The notes under the pieces were generated by a model. The model was not told the DNA's origin, made no database searches, and saw nothing but the letters and a program-made list of their open reading frames with translations. Source: Vicugna vicugna (Eukaryota). Taken from it: a DNA stretch of 64,000 nucleotides. The stretch spans positions 994,001-1,058,000 of the forward strand of contig MU061538.1 in assembly GCA_013265495.1 (NCBI GenBank), in the 5' to 3' direction. This document shows positions 62,851-64,000 of the stretch, in pieces; position 1 is the stretch's first letter, and every line of letters starts with the position of its first letter. Made by a program: the position numbers and the translations under genes.

Positions 62851-64000
62851 TCTGGTCAATTCCCTGCTGGTGCTGCTGGGTCACCTGGTCTTGTCAGTGG
62901 GAGGAACTCCCACCTGACCTGGGGGAGGGATGAGCCTCCCTGGGCTACCTTCTGCTCAGGGCTGTGGGTCAGGAGATGCTCACCTGGTCCCCTGTGCTGC
63001 TGGTCAGGGGCTGTGAGATGCCCTGCTACCCAGGGCCCCTAACGGGCCCGCCTTCCTCTTTCCACCTCTCTGAGTTCTTCCTTGGGTCTTTCTAGACCTA
63101 ATCTGCTCTTTATCGCAAGATTCTATTTTAATTCTCTCTGCAGCATTTATCAGTCATTACCTGATACTTTAATTAATTGACCAGCTGTAATTAGCAATTA
63201 CATCTGTCTCTCCCCTAAAGCACAGCGTGTGACAGCTGAGAGCTGCAAGTATCGTCCGGGTTTATGTAAGTGCTGACTTACCGACTGTACCCACGCACGT
63301 ATGCTCAGGGCCTAGACAGTGCTGAGCACAGAGAAGGTCAATGCTGGTGAACCGAACGGATGAAACTAAAAAGAAAAAGAAGAGGGTGATTGTAGAAGTC
63401 TTCTTCACCCTAAACAAGATACAAAATACCCGCTGACTTAGTACACGAAGAAAGGACAGCTTTCCTAGCACAGGTCAGGCAAGTGCAAACGTTGCCCATA
63501 GTGCAAGCTTCAGTCTCCTCGTTTGCCAGAATCCACGAAGGGAAGAGTCAGTCTGACTCTGTAAATGCCCCCGGGGTAGAGGGAGGGGCGGAGGTGGGTC
63601 TGTGGAAACACTGAAAGGGGTGCGTCTGGATGGGATGGGACTGTCACCACGTTCCCACTGCCCGCTGCCGTCCCCTCACGGGACCCTCATCACCTGACTC
63701 GGGGAAGAAGAGAGAAGCTCTTCCCCGTGCCCCGGGGCACCCCAGAGAACAGTCCCTGAGGCTGTTACCTGGTCAGACCAGCAGTATGACTGTGAGAGAT
63801 GCTAATCCAATCACACTCACTCTCTTGGTGGGAAGAGGAAAACCCAGGTGACAGCCACTGCCAGCAAGAGCCTTCCTGTCCCTTGGCAGGTCCGGACCCA
63901 TGCTGACTGGGCTCCTGCCTTACTCCGTGGGCCCCACGCAAGCCCATTTATTTTTGCTAATGAGACAGAAGTAGAGGGTTGGGATTTTTACAATGTTAAA

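Noticed and set aside
47990..64000. LMBR1 exons or the ZRS Shh limb enhancer expected by synteny
   Set aside because: No recognisable exon or ZRS sequence; these should lie beyond the window end.

Overview
GC-rich mammalian (not prokaryotic) DNA holding two convergent genes. MNX1/HB9, the motor neuron and pancreas homeobox gene, is on the + strand (3 coding exons, 8558-13097) with its known upstream motor-neuron enhancers. NOM1, a nucleolar MIF4G/MA3 protein gene, is on the - strand (11 coding exons, 45331-31736, 869 aa, all GT-AG junctions in phase). About 18 kb of repeat-rich intergenic DNA follows. Six tRNA-derived SINEs resembling Vic-1 suggest a camelid. Main oddities: (1) MNX1 exon 1 lacks the Gly/His/poly-Ala segment and is frameshifted at ~8825, most likely an assembly collapse, and the shifted frame stops on an ATGA whose ATG is in the homeodomain frame; (2) a tailless 5'-half tRNA-Glu retrocopy with a perfect 15-bp TSD; (3) a probable solo LTR; (4) several candidate enhancers with homeodomain/bHLH motif clusters. 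Most ORFs in the supplied track are GC-rich noise. Gene, enhancer and repeat identities rest on remembered sequences, not searches. I found no convincing wholly new biological system.
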